Assembly (NCBI GenBank): GCA_035221665.1
Contig: CM069136.1
Location: forward strand, 52,390,001-52,454,000
DNA: 64,000 bases
Direction of reading: 5' to 3'
Origin: Okamejei kenojei
Lineage: Eukaryota
A model generated the notes under the pieces. It had not been told where the DNA came from, made no database searches, and saw only the letters and a list, made by a program, of their open reading frames with translations. Below, one piece after another: positions 34,789 to 47,689 of this stretch; within the stretch, counting starts at the first letter, position 1; the number at the start of each line of letters is the position of its first letter. Both the position numbers and the translations under genes were made by a program.

Positions 34789-37098
34789 GTGACCTCCTCC
34801 TGTGAGCATCAACCGGGAGCGCCAGGACATGGGAACCTAGCACAGCAGCTCCTCGTTAGGGCTGTGTGTGTGACCTCCTGTGAGCATGACCCGGGAGAGC
34901 CAGGGCAGTAGGAATCTGACCCTGAAGTTTGGGGACCCAGCACACCAGCACCTCATTTAGGGCTGTGTGTGACTTCCCGTGAGCATCAGCGGGAGAACCA
35001 GGGCAGGAGGAAGCTGACCCTGAAGTTTGGTGTCACTGCTTATGTGCATACACCAAAGCACATGAGCCATTCTCCAGGTGTTCCGGATGTGGTCAGCAAT
35101 TTACCATATCGGCGGGAACTGGTGAAGCCAGGGATGACAATCTGGCCAGCAAATTAATGGCCTCTCACCAGTTCCAGGACTTCATAATGGAAGAAACTTC
35201 ACATATCAAACACCTGTTACTGTGCATCGCTCTAAAGGAGCGCATCATGAGGGCGCATGATTTAAGGCTGCAGAAGTCCTAAAAAACTGGTTGGAGCAGG
35301 AACAATGGCATTTGGTCAAATGGCAAGGCCACTATCTAAACACAGCAGGATATGGACCTTGCTGTGTAAACACAGCAGGATGCCCATTTGTTAGTTTAAT
35401 ATTTACAAATAACTATCCAGCCTACACTCAACCCACGGTTCACAGCCTTGCGCAGATCCTCTAATATCCGGGGAAGACCTGGACGATGAGACAAAAAGTG
35501 AGACCAGGATGCCACCTCAAAAACCATATCCTTTCAGATTAGGAAGGGGTAAGTGAATATTGGACTGTATCCGGGGATCTCGAAAAGGTGTCTCGGAAGT
35601 ACATCCACCCGTACAAAATACACCTAGTTGGGTATTGGGGTTCAATACCACTAACTCTACAGGTGAGTGATGCATATCAGCCTTAACAATTGTGTCCAAT
35701 TCCCCAGCCAAAAGAACGATGGTGGGTGTCGAGTCATTTTGGCCCTTAAGGTCCAGTATAAACGGTTTAAAATTTAAAAAAAATCAATATTGTAACTGGG
35801 ATAAAAAGGGTGTTATATGGCAGCCATAGATCTGAAAAATGCATAATATTCAGCTACCACACACCTGTTGAGAGGTTAGGTCCTCACCCATCTAATTGAA
35901 CTTAGATTAGTACCATTTAGAATGATTGGCTATTTGAGGTTCATCATTGGTTAATTAACATGGCATTACTTTGCCTATGGCCAAAACTGTAACTAATGTC
36001 TCGTGATGTACTAGAGACATTCTGACTCAATAACCTTTAGTTTACAAACTGATGTAAGCTTCAGGATGAGGAGCCACTGATATCGAGTCTGGCTGTGGTG
36101 GCAGATAGAATGTGAAAGAAGCATTAGCCCTGCAGAGGCATGGGGTAAACTGCATAGAATTGCTGGGTGCATTCTATGGCCTAAAGAATTCTGCTCAACA
36201 ATGCATGATTTGCATGTGCAGCTTCAGATTGATAATACCACAGCTGTTGCATATCAGTCACATGGGTGGAATGAGGTCATTATTCTGTGACAATCTGCCT
36301 AACCTCATCTGGCACTGGTGCATTACAAAAAACATCTGGGTCTCAGATATCTCCCTATCAGGTATAGATAATGTGGAAGTTGCAGACACCAAGTCATGTC
36401 AATTCTATGACAAAAATGGATGATGAATCCAAAAGTTTCAAAATGATTGTTAGCTGGTATGGATTGCCAGACATAGATCTGTTGCATCTGGGTTAAATTA
36501 CCAGTACCTAAATTCGGCATGGGAACCAAATCTAGAGGCAGTAGCGGAGGATACATTCTCGCTACGTTGGGGATGTACGTTCTTACGCATTCCCCATTTC
36601 TGCCTCATTTAATCAATGTCTCACCAAAATAGAGCACGACTATGCTTAGGTGTTTGGTAGTTCCTAAACTGGTCCACACAGCATGGTCCCATTGGTTCTG
36701 AGACTGATGACACAGCATTCATGATTATCCCAATTACAGCAACTTGTTGGTTCACACTGGGACAGGAGGAGAGTTCCCCTATACATGAGCGTATTAATCT
36801 ATTGATTTATATCTTCTGACCAGACTGTTCCAGGGGCTCGGACTATCAAGTAGGACCTTCGATGTGATTACAATGGCCTGGAGAGATAATACTAAAAAAC
36901 GATATGTATCTCATATTAAGAAATGGGAGATGTCCTGTTTACAGTCAAATGTATCTTATCATAAGTTTCAGGCATTTGGGATGTATTGGAGTTCCTGCCT
37001 ACATTGCATTTTGATGAGCAGTTAAGCTATAGTGCCATTATAATGCTCAAAATGCTTTGTCCTCCTACTTAGGGCAAGGATCCGGACAACACTCTGTC

Positions 37099-38627
37099 AC
37101 CTCTACCTCCGTTACATCGACGACAAACCTCTACCTCCGTTACATCGACGACCAATCCTTGTTCTCGGTGTACCAGGGCCCCATCCCCGACCTCTACCTC
37201 CGTTACATCGACGACTGCTTTGGTGTCACCTCCTGCACCCACACACAACTGACTGACTTCATTCATTTCACCACCAACTTCCATCCGGCACTCAAATACA
37301 CTTGGACCATTTCCGACATTTCCCTACCATTCCTTGACCTCACCATCTCTATTGCAGGTGATACACTCCTGACCGACATCCACTACAAACCAACTGATTC
37401 CCACAGCTACCTGGACTACTCTTCCTCCCACCCTGCTTCCTGTAAGGACTCCATCCCCTATTCCCAATTCCTTCGTCTACGCCGCATCTGCTCCCAGGAT
37501 GAGGTGTTCCACACCAGGTCATCACAAATGGCCTCATTCTTCAGAGAACGGGGATTCCCCTCCCCCACTATTGATGAGGCTCGCACCAGGGTCTCCTCCA
37601 TACCCCGCAACACTGCCCTCTCTCCCCATTCCCCCACTCGCAAACAGGGCAGAGTCCCCCTGGTCCTCACCTTTCACCCCACCAGCCGGCAAATACAACA
37701 CATAGTCCTCCGCCAGTTTCGCCACCTCCAACGTGACCCCTCCACCCGCCACATCTTCCCATCTCCCCCCCTGTCTGCCTTCCACAAAGACCGCTCCCTC
37801 CGCAACTCCCTTGTCAATTCTTCCCTCCCCTCCTGCTCTACTCCTTCCCCGGGCACTTTCCCTTGCAACCGCAAGAAATGCAACACTTGTCCCTTCACCT
37901 CCCCCCTCCACTCCTTTCAGGGACACAAGCAGTCCTTCCAGGTTCGACAGAGGTTCACCTGCACCTCCTCCAACCTCATCTACTGCATCCGCTGCTCCAG
38001 ATGCCAGATGATCTATATCGGTGAGACCAAGCGGAGGCTTGGCGATCGTTTCGCCGAACACCTCCGCTCGGTCCGCAAAAACCAACCCGACCTCCCGGTG
38101 GCTCAGCACTCCAACTCCCCCTCCCATTCCGTATCCGACCTCTCGGTCCTGGGCCTCCTCCACGGCCAGAGTGAGTAACACCGCAAGTTGGAGGAACAGC
38201 ACCTCATATTCCGCTTGGGGAGTCTGCATCCTTTGGGCTTGAACATTGAATTTTCTCAATTCTGTTAACCCTTGCTGTCTCCTCCCCTTCCCACCTCTCC
38301 CTCAGCCCTTGGGCCCTGGCATTCCCTCTCTCTCTATCTCCCTCCCCCACCCGTCGCACTAGCTTCTCATTTTCACACCACAAACAGCTTACAATGGCTT
38401 GTTCCCTTTATCATCGATACTTTTTTGCATATCTTTCATTCATTGTTCTTTATCTCTCCACATCACCGTCTATATCTCTCGTTTCCCTGATCCCTGACCA
38501 GTCTGAAGAAGGGTCTCGACCCGAAACGTCGCCTATCTCCTTCGCTCCTTAGATGCTGCTGCACCCGCTGAGTTTCTCCAGCTTTTTGTGTAACCCTCGA
38601 TTCTCCAGCATCTGCAGTTCCTTCTTT
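37099..38627 (+). mobile_element. Penelope-like element (Neptune-type GIY-YIG), 5'-truncated, 11-bp TSD
   Basis: LRYIDDCF, FLDLTI, YKPTD, CNRKKCNTC linker, NLIYCIRCSRCQMIYIGETKRRLGDRFAEH; AACACTCTGTC at 37088-37098 and 38628-38638; one premature stop at 38176. Confidence 0.95.
38498..38535 (+). ncRNA. Minimal type-I hammerhead-ribozyme-like motif in the Penelope terminal repeat
   Basis: CTGAAGA-A-GGGTC-TC-GACCC-GAAA-CG-TC: core boxes, 5-bp stem II and palindromic ACGT minimal stem III; stem I is weak. Confidence 0.7.
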
Positions 38628-39906
38628 AACACTCTGTCGGATCTCATTTATTGGTGGCCCGATTCATAGGAGGTATTTAACAAAACCCTCCCAGACGTAG
38701 CTATTCGGAAATCTGGGATGTGAGCATAATTCTCACACTGCTTTGGCAATGGGCTCCAATTACATCTCTGCCTTTCCGGAAGTTAATGCTCAAAGTGGTC
38801 ATGTTCATGGTGCTAGTGGCAGCACTATGGGTCCAAATATTGCAAAAGTTATGACTGGACAGCATGCATTCTTCTGTAGATGATATTGTGTTTTATGCAT
38901 ATGATCTAATAAAATAGAGCAGGCCATGGATGGCTGGAACAAAAATAAGCTTAAAATATACCCATTGATCTAAGACTATATGTAATTACGCATCTGAGCT
39001 AACATATCAAGGTCATCAAGAGTCTCAGAGGCTCTGAAACAGCGATGCTCATCAGGCACATAAAACCTCATATAAAGGTGTCAGTACAAACTATTTCTAG
39101 ATGGCCGAAACAGGTTTGCATTATACTAGAGTAGACACTGATGTGTTTAAATCACTCCACCAGGGCGGCGTCAACGTACGCAGCAAAGGCACAGGACGTT
39201 CCATTAGACCAAACCCTCACCGTAGGATGGTCCAGTGAAGGTACCTTTTTCACGGTTTATGATAAACCTGTTCTTGCAATGCAAAGATTTGGGCATGCTG
39301 TTTTGGGTTCTGTTTGAGTTCTCCTTTGTAATTTCCCCTGCGAAATAGGGGTTATTACTGTTCTTTTATTGTTTAAGACGTTCATTGTATAACTTAAACA
39401 ATGTTCAATACATTATTTGTTTATCCTGTGTCAACCAAGGCAATATGTCGTATGGAACTGTAATCACAGAGCTTTGAAATCTTCACGTAGTCACTCACGT
39501 GACTCCAAAGTAAAATAGTAAGATTAAACGAGAACTTACCAGTTTGAAGTTTGATCCTAATTTTATGAGGAGTTACGATGCGGGATTACGTGCCCTCCGT
39601 TCCAGACCCTCGTAATCACAAAGATCATCTGGTAGTTCTAGTCTTCTGAGTCCTACTATATCACTTCGACTGTAGTTACTGTGATTTCATGCCGCTGTTT
39701 TGAAGATTGATGAGCATGTGCACTGGCGGGGCTTCTTCAAGTAATCCCTCATCGTAACTCCTCATAAAATACGGATCAAACTTCAAACTGGTAAGTTCTC
39801 ATTTAATCTTACTATTATAAATGTATTTAGTTAGGAGGGGAAAATGAGAATCATAGAATGGCAATATAATCCAATCAATCCACTTGAAAAATGGATGCCT
39901 GTGAGG

Positions 39907-39907
39907 T

Positions 39908-39946
<39 letters not shown>
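39907..39946 (+). repeat. Poly-G tract
   Basis: About 38 consecutive G. Confidence 0.9.
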
Positions 39947-39947
<1 letters not shown>

Positions 39948-40104
39948 GTGGAAGGATGAGCACCACAATTTGACAGCCGAGGCCTGAAAGTTCACCACAC
40001 CTGGATGGGGTATTTGGAGGGAGGGGGAGTGGAATGTAAAATCTAAGCTAAGGATTTACGACTAAACTTAATTTTGTAGCATTTGATATTTATACATGAT
40101 ATGG

Positions 40105-40385
40105 CTGGATAGGCTGGGTCTTTCTTCCTTGGAGCTCAGGAGGCTGAGGGATGACCTTATAGAGGTTCATAAAATCATGACAGTATTGGATAAGGTGAGC
40201 AGCCACATCCTTTTCCCCAGGATTGTGGATTCTAAAACTAGAGGGAGTGAGGGGGAAATATTTAAAAGGTAACTGAGTGGCATTGTTTTCATTCAGAGGA
40301 TGTGCATATATGGAACAAGCTGCCAGAGGAAATGGTAGAGGCAGTTATTATTATAACATTTAAAATATGCCAGCATAGGTAAAAG
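40105..40385 (+). mobile_element. Old CR1 3' fragment
   Basis: LDRLGLSSLELRRLRDDLIEVHKIM. Confidence 0.75.
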
Positions 40386-40409
40386 ATAGGAAGTGGAAAC
40401 AAATGACTG

Positions 40410-41012
40410 CAAGTCAAGTCAAGTCAAGCCAAGCCACTTTTATTTATATAGCACATTTACAAAACAACTGTTGTTGGCCAAAGTGCTTTACATTGGTGGA
40501 GGTACTAACGTTATACAACAGTGGTTCATAGATTAATTACATGCATAAATGCATACATATAGCCCTCACTCAGAGGACGTCAAGAAAGGATTGAGAGTAA
40601 AGATGAGTTTTTAGTCTTGACTTAACGGAGTTGATGGAGGGGGCAGTTCTGATGGGAAGAGGGATGCTGTTCCACAGTCTAGGAGCTGCAACCGCAAAGG
40701 CGCGGTCACCCCTGAGCTTATACCTGGACCGCGGGATGTTTAGTAACCCCAAGTTGGCCGATCTGAGGGACCTGCAGGTGGTGTGGTGGGTAAGCAGACT
40801 TTTGCTGTAGGTGGGGGCAAGCCCGTTAAGTGCTTTGCAGACATAAAGAAGGATCTTGACATTTATTCGGAACCGCACAGGGAGCCAGTGGAGAGAGGCC
40901 AGGATCGGGGTGATGTGGTCCCTTTTTCGGGTCCCGTCAGGAGTCTCACTGCGGCGTTTTGGACCAGTTGCAGGCGGGACAGGGAAGATTGGCTGATGCC
41001 AGTGTGGAGGGA
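40410..41012 (-). mobile_element. L2 LINE 3' fragment
   Basis: FRINVKILLYVCKALNGLAP...GDRAFAVAAPRLWNSIP; (GACTT)n tail. Confidence 0.9.
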
Positions 41013-41019
41013 GTACACC

Positions 41020-43020
41020 GATGCTGGTTTATATCAAAGATAGACATAAAGTGCTGGAGTAGCTCAACGAGTCAGACAGCATCTTTGGAGAAAAGGGATG
41101 GGTGACATTTTGGGTCGGGACCCTTCTTCAGTCTAATTGTTGTATAATATTGGCATTGGTTGTTTGATGTTCCTTGCAATGAATTACTAATTGTCACATT
41201 GTGTAGTTTCCTGGGGTGTTATATTATAACGTGTCCTTGAGCTACTTACACACTTTCTTCATCTTGGTAACACCCCCTCAACTTTGACCTGACACTTGCT
41301 ATCGTACTATCATGAAATGGCAGGAGATTGTGTCACTTCTATTACATTTCAGGAAACTGCATTGTCCTATAGCTTAGACCTTGCCAGTGTGAATCAGGAG
41401 AACAAGGTCTGGGGACATCAGAGACATCAGATGCTGGTGTCTGTACAAAAATAAAACAGGTTGCTGGTGGAACTCAGCAGGTCAGGTAGCATCTATGGGG
41501 GCACAACCCTGTGGAGGCACACTCGCATTTCTCAATCAACAACGGTTAACCTCTCCTCTGTCAGTAACTATCGCAGAGCTTGCTTGGCTGCAGTGACAAA
41601 TAAAATAGATGACAAATTAACCATTCCATGACAGATTTAGAAATCAAAACTTGCACATTTATTCACAGAAATCAACTAATCACACTTGCATATTCTCTCA
41701 ATCTTTCCTACTCATTCCCCAGTATCCCTGCACTGTTCCGCAACATGACTTGTTGGAAAACTCTTCAAAAATAGTTTGGTGCCTGAAAACCCTTGACTTT
41801 TGATGGAAAAGAGCGCAAATACAAAGGGGGTAGGGGTAAAGTAGTTTAAGACAATGAATCTATCTTTGACCCGAAATGTTGCCTATTCCTTTTCTCCAGA
41901 GATATTGCCTGACCAACTGAGTTACTCCAGCATTTTGTGTGCAGCTTTCATCTGAACCTTCTTCGCATGTGTGTTAGTCTGACTATCTGTCAAAGGCCAG
42001 AGAACCAGACTGTAGTTATACCCTGAATCCTTAATCCTTCAAAACTAGTGGTGAAACAGGAATCTTAATAATAGCTCAATCTTACACGCGTTGAACGGAA
42101 CTCGGAACCTCCATTGTAAAACTAAGACACTGTGTGACTGCTGTTTGTAATTCAATGGTGCAGAGATACAAGCCATCATATTCTGCATTATAGTTGGGTC
42201 CACATGTGTACTATTGTAGCTGCCACCACACACCTGCTGATAACACCCCTAAGATGTACAGGTTTGTAGGTTAATTGGCTTGGTAATGTAAAAATTGTCC
42301 CTAGTGGATGTGGGATAGTGTTAATGTGCGGGTATCGCTGGTCAGCGTGGATCCGGTCAGCCGAAGGGTCTGTTTCCGCGCTGCATCTCTAAATTAAACA
42401 ATCTCTTGACCAGATGGAGCTGGATTGCTCCATGCTCTTTGACATTACATGTTAGCTTTCTCCAAAGTCTGCTCATACACATCGTGTATATCGATCAGAC
42501 TTTTGCAGGTTGCCGCATGTGAGTCCAGTCTGATCAAAAGAGTATATCAGTATATTTATTTTCTTAGATTGTCTGAGAAGATTCAGCATGCCCACGATAA
42601 TTCTCTCAAACCTCTACAGATGTGCTGTAGAAAGTATTCGGTTGGGATAAATCTCAGCCTGGTAGAGCAACCATTCTGCTCTTAACCGCCCGAACTACAG
42701 TGAGTGGTGAACACAACCCAGTCCATCACAGAGTCGGCACTTCCTTCCATCCGGTCCATCTTTATGTTGCGTTACATCTGAAAGGCTGAAAATCTTGTCA
42801 AGAATGCCTGTTATCTTCTTAATTCTCGTTTCTCTCTTCTAATCCGAGGGATAAGATGCAAGACCTTGAAAGCACTAACATCCAGATTGAAGAACAGCTT
42901 TTCCCTCCACTGCTATCCTCTTCAGTCTGAAGAAGGGTCTCGACCCAAAACATCATCAATCCATGTTCTCCGGAAATGCTGCCTGACCTGCTGAGGTACT
43001 CCAGCACTTTGCGTCCTTTT
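41020..43020. repeat. Scattered Penelope terminal-repeat units (41020-41133 -, 41425-41497 -, 41868-41945 +, 42923-43020 +), SINE 3' half (42250-42400) and Rex1-like fragment (42530-42915 +)
   Basis: Similarity to other copies in the window. Confidence 0.7.
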
Positions 43021-43897
43021 GCTGAAATAGTAAATAGTTTTATACTATCTGATCACATATAATATTGCAGTTTTTTTCTTTATAAGTTGGCTATTAAATT
43101 TTTAATGCAACACAAAGGTATCACTCAGAAAATAATTTGGTGTAGAAATTCCATTAATTTGCCGCTTCACACTGCACACATTTGCGACTGACCCATTTTT
43201 AATTTATAAACAATTAAATATTAATAATTCAATGCCAGGGAAAGGGGATTTTTTATTACATTTCGAGGTATTGTAATTGGATGGAAATTATGGTTGAAAG
43301 TTCACAATCTGTTGCAAATATCTGACACAATCAGGATTCTGCAAATAATTAAAAGCACTCCAAATGTAATCATCACTGAAATATCCCGATGATTAACTGT
43401 TTCTTCATCCTATCATTTCGGTATGAATAATTAAGGGGTTCCTGTGCATGGTTTTGTTAAAGTTACAATTCTGAGAAATGTTATCTTGTAAAATGATCAA
43501 CACTCCGCTGTTGAGAGCTGTGATATTGTTTGAGAACTTAATTTGCAGAAGAGTCTTTGTGTTCACTTTTACTTTGTTAGGATTTGGATTTGTGCAACAG
43601 TATAAAGATTAATTCGGATAAAGGTGGACTAATCATCCACATTTGTCTTCCTTGGCATTGCTGAATGAGCATGAATGAATGAATGAGCATTGAACTTCAT
43701 CTAAGCTTGTACCTATTTTGACGGCAAACTCTTTAACTCAGGAATCATGACTGAGGAAATGTCTCATTTACCACAACTTTCTGACTTCATTGCAGGAGAA
43801 ATCCCGTCAGGTTTGGCTTGATTTTCACTGAACAAGAAACATGAAACATCACCTATTCTTTTTATCCAGAGATGCTGCCTGACCTGCTGAGTTGATG

Positions 43898-44121
43898 TGT
43901 AGGAAAGAACTGCAGATGCTGGTTTAAATCGACGATAGACACAAAATGCTGGAGTAACTCAGCGGGATAGGCCGCATCTCTGGAGAGAAGGAATGGGTAA
44001 CTTTTCAGGTCGAGACCCTTCTTCAGACTGTATGTCTCTTCGAGACACCTTCTTCAGACATTCCTTCTCTCCAGAGGTGTTGCCTGTCCCGCTGAGTTAC
44101 TCCAGCATTTTGTGTCTATCC
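43898..44121. repeat. Inverted dimer of the Penelope terminal-repeat unit with 12-bp TSD, inserted at the end of another such unit
   Basis: GCTGAGTTGATG at 43886-43897 and 44122-44133. Confidence 0.85.
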
Positions 44122-44291
44122 GCTGAGTTGATGGAAAGATCAGCATGAAAACAGTCCCTTCAACCCACCGAGTCCACGCCAACCTTCGATCACCCATTCC
44201 CACTAGTTCTTTGTAATCCCATTTTCGCATCCACTTTCTAAATGTGAGGGCAAATTACAGAAGCCAATTAACCTACAAATCCTCATGTCTT

Positions 44292-44936
44292 GAGATTTTT
44301 AGAATAACTTCTGAAGTTATTAATACTAAACTGGATCCGGACCCAAAATTAATAATACTTGGAACATCAGAACAAAGTTTAACTCTTACAACAAGTCAAA
44401 GAAATTTCCTAGATTACAGTATAATAATTGGGAAGAAATTAATATTAAAATTTTGGAAAGGCCCTATATCCCCCACAATTAAAATGTGGATTATGGAAAT
44501 GTCGGAGACCCTACATCTGGAAAGAATCAGATTTGCCTTAATGGACAAACAAGAAGTTTTTGTTAGAATATGGTCTTCTTTCATTGATTACTTAAAAGGG
44601 TAGAATGGTTCGGCAGGGAACCCTAACTGAAACTTGGATTTAGGAATAGATGAAAAGTTATATTTTATATTCCTTGATCTTATCTCCTACGATGTATTAA
44701 TAGTAAATTATTCCTTTCTTTATGATTTTCTTTTTCGATGTTGATTTTTATTTTATTTTTCTTACTGTTCTCCTCTCTTTATATAAAAAAACTATTAGAG
44801 TCAAAATGATACATTTGATAATATTAATAATGTATGCTTGTTGAACATGAAATATTGCTATCATAACATATGTTTGCTAAATCACTGTCTAAATACTCTA
44901 ATAAAAATATATATTCTAAAAAAAAAATTAAAAAAA
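44292..44936 (+). mobile_element. 5'-truncated L1 3' end with poly(A) and 15-bp TSD, inserted into a SINE
   Basis: ORF2 end KKLILKFWK..PTIKMW..LERIRF; AAATCCTCATGTCTT at 44277-44291 and 44937-44951. Confidence 0.92.
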
Positions 44937-45004
44937 AAATCCTCATGTCTTTGGGATATGGAAGGAAATCAGGTAGCATCTATGAAAAGAAAACAAGTCA
45001 ATAG

Positions 45005-45890
45005 AATCAAGAGTGTTTAATTGTGTACCAACACCAGAACAATAAAACACAATAATAGTTTAAAAAAAAATCAGTAACTTAATAACGGTAATTTAACTTA
45101 GTTAATAACTTAGTGCAACCAAGGACAGTCCATTGAAAGTTCACAGTTGCCGAGGCTATTGTTGTGTAGTGTTAAAGAGCCAGTCGGTTGTTGGGAAAAA
45201 GCTATTGTTAAAGCTTGTGTCCACAGTTTTCAGACTCCTGTACCTTCTTCCAGATGGTTGGAGTGAAATGAGAGTCTGGCCGGCATTGCGTGGGTCTTCA
45301 ATGATATTGGCTGAATGGAACCATACAATTTTTAATTTGGTTTCCTCCAATTCAGAAGAACCCATCTTGTGAGCACTGAATGCAGAACACAGTGTTGGAA
45401 AAGTACATGCCGTCCACAGTGTACAGATACATGATAAAGGGGATGATGTTCAGTGCAAGATAAAGTCCAGTAAAGTTTGATTAAAGATAGTCTTAGGATC
45501 TCCAATGAGGTAGATAGTAGTCAGGACCATTCTCTAATTGTTAATAGGATTTCAGTTGCCTGCTAACAACTGGGGAGAAACTGTCCCTGAATCTGGAGGT
45601 GTGCGTTTTTACACTTCTGTACCTCTTATTTGATGGGAGAGGGGAGAAAAAGGAGTGACCAGGTTGAGACCCATGCTTGATTATGCTGGTTGCCTTGCCG
45701 AGGAGTCAAGGGAAGGGAGGTTGGTTTGTGTGATGGTCTGGGATGTGTCCACAATTTTCCGCAATTTCTTGCGGTCTTGGATGGAGCCTAAACCGTGCTG
45801 TGATGCATCCCGATAAAATGATTTCTACGGCACTTCTGTAGAGGTTGGTGAGAGTTTTTGGGACATGCTGAACTTCTTAAGTCTTCGATG
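45005..45890 (-). mobile_element. Two Rex1-like LINE 3' fragments
   Basis: [13 protein letters not shown]...FNNSFFP; LRKFSMSQKLSPTSTE. Confidence 0.75.
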
Positions 45891-46579
45891 GAAGCCATTT
45901 CAGCTTGGAAGAATGTTTGTATCTCTGGATGAGGAGATGAGAAGGGGGAAAGAACAGGAGTTGAAAGATGCCATTTGTATGGAACTGGCCAAATCTCCTT
46001 CATTTCCGATTTCCATAATCTGCAGTTTTCTCTATCTGACAGTTCCAGCATTGCTTCATTTTGCTTTCACTGTTCTATCCTCATAAATCTCCTTCTATTT
46101 ACATTCCCTCCAGAGAGATCATGTGCAATTAAAAAGCCTTCACTGTCCCTCCTCAGCAGGCAGCACCACTATTTACATCGCTGTATCTCGGTTCCTTTGG
46201 CAGAATTCCCTTTGATCCCCGCTGGCCTGAACAAACACCACTTCAGTTCTCTTTTTCCTTTCCTGCCCAGTATTGCGCAGATGATCATTAAAATTTTAAT
46301 AATTATAACGGAATCACGTTTTTAAGTGCAAAACTAAAAGCTTTTAAACCTCCCAACACCTGCTTTCTGCCTTTTGTGAACAAGCTTCCCTTGCATGTTA
46401 GTATTTCTAAAAAGCTTTCTAGGACAGAGTTTGCAGCCTGTGTTTTATAATCGTATCGTAAAGGCCAGCTCCTAGAAAACACAAACACCCTAGGTGGCCA
46501 GTCTTGCTGACTACCCACTGTCACACAGCTGTTGCGTTTTTCACGCAGCCTATATTCAGAGCCTTCCAAAACCTTATTT

Positions 46580-46872
46580 TAGTTTTTGTTTAGCATGATT
46601 TAGAAATACAGCGCGGAAACAGGCACTATGGCCCACTGTGTCCGTGCCAACCAGCGATCCCCGTACACTATTCTACACACTGGGGATAATTTACAGTCTG
46701 TACCGAAGTCAATTAACCTACAAACCTGGAATGTGGGAGGAAACCAGAGCAGCCGGGAAAAGTCCATGCTGTCACTGGGAGAACATGCAAACTCCATACA
46801 GACAGCACCCATAGTCAGAATCGAACCTGGTGCTGTAAGGTAGCAACTCTACCGTTGTGCCACCGTGCCGCC
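46580..46872 (-). mobile_element. V-SINE/HE1-type SINE
   Basis: Head, core and tail present. Confidence 0.85.
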
Positions 46873-47237
46873 TATTTTTTCTCTCCAGCACGATGGAAAG
46901 GAGCACAAATTTTCAGCCAGATTCTGGAATATGTCAGAAAGCCCATTACACCTGCTCTGTACTCCAGCCTCACTAGGCACTTCCTTTCATCACACCATCC
47001 TAGCATGTTTGGTTTCTCACTTTGCGAAATTCTGTGGCAAGGACCTGAAACATAAACGTATTCTCTTTCTGGACATATACCATTTGACTTTCTCTGTATT
47101 TCCAGCATTTCAGTTTTTATTTTGGGATACAAAGTGTCATGCCAATTGTCTGTTGCAATCCCCACACCTGTTTTGCATTATAATCCAACTTAACACCCCC
47201 TTAGCAAAGAGCAGAGGAAATGCTATGCAAGAATAGA

Positions 47238-47550
47238 GGTGGCACAGTGGTGAGGCGGTAAAGTTGCTGCTTTTACAGCACTTTTACAGAGTTTGATTCT
47301 GACTACTGGCGGCCTGTATGGAGTTTGTACGTTCTCCCTGTGACCATGGGGATTTCCCCCGGGTGCTCCAGTTTCCTCACACAATCCAAAGATATTCAGA
47401 TTTGTGGGTTAATTCGCTTTGGTAATTTGGTAATTTAAAAATTGTCTATAATGTGTAGCATAGTGTTAGTGTACGGGGTGATCATTAGTTTGTGCGGACT
47501 CGGTGTGCGGAAGGGCCTGTTTCTGCTTTGTATCTCTGAACTAAACTAAA
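47238..47550 (+). mobile_element. V-SINE/HE1-type SINE
   Basis: Head, core and (CTAAA)n tail. Confidence 0.85.
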
Positions 47551-47689
47551 TATAGGTTACTATCACTCCGGTCACACCCAAACCGTAATCAGACCTTCCT
47601 TTTCCAGACCTGCCTTCCTGGAAGGTAATGCAGCTATTGGGCCTTTGACCAAGGCTGCTGAGCTATCAAATATTATATTTTCCTAATCC

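Larger units (their letters stand above)
32567..39816 (+). mobile_element. Second, older DIRS1-type element (different subfamily) with nested Rex1 and Penelope insertions
   Basis: Left end TTTTACTTCGGAGTCACGTGAGTGACTACG; ICR about 39480-39590; right extension 39741-39816; RNase H remnant (NCIELLGAFYGLK, HMGG) and YR remnants at 36820-37098 and 38628-39317. Confidence 0.9.

Noticed and set aside
37057-38178. Novel recombinase-RT-nuclease fusion gene
   Set aside because: The TSD shows a truncated Penelope inserted into a dead DIRS YR; non-ATG start, N-terminal RT motifs missing and a premature stop.
37534-38259. 241-aa antisense ORF
   Set aside because: Shadow frame of the C-rich Penelope ORF with no recognisable motifs.
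39907-39946. Functional G-quadruplex (also poly-C at 62430-62476)
   Set aside because: Homopolymer lengths are unreliable in assemblies and there is no contextual evidence of function.
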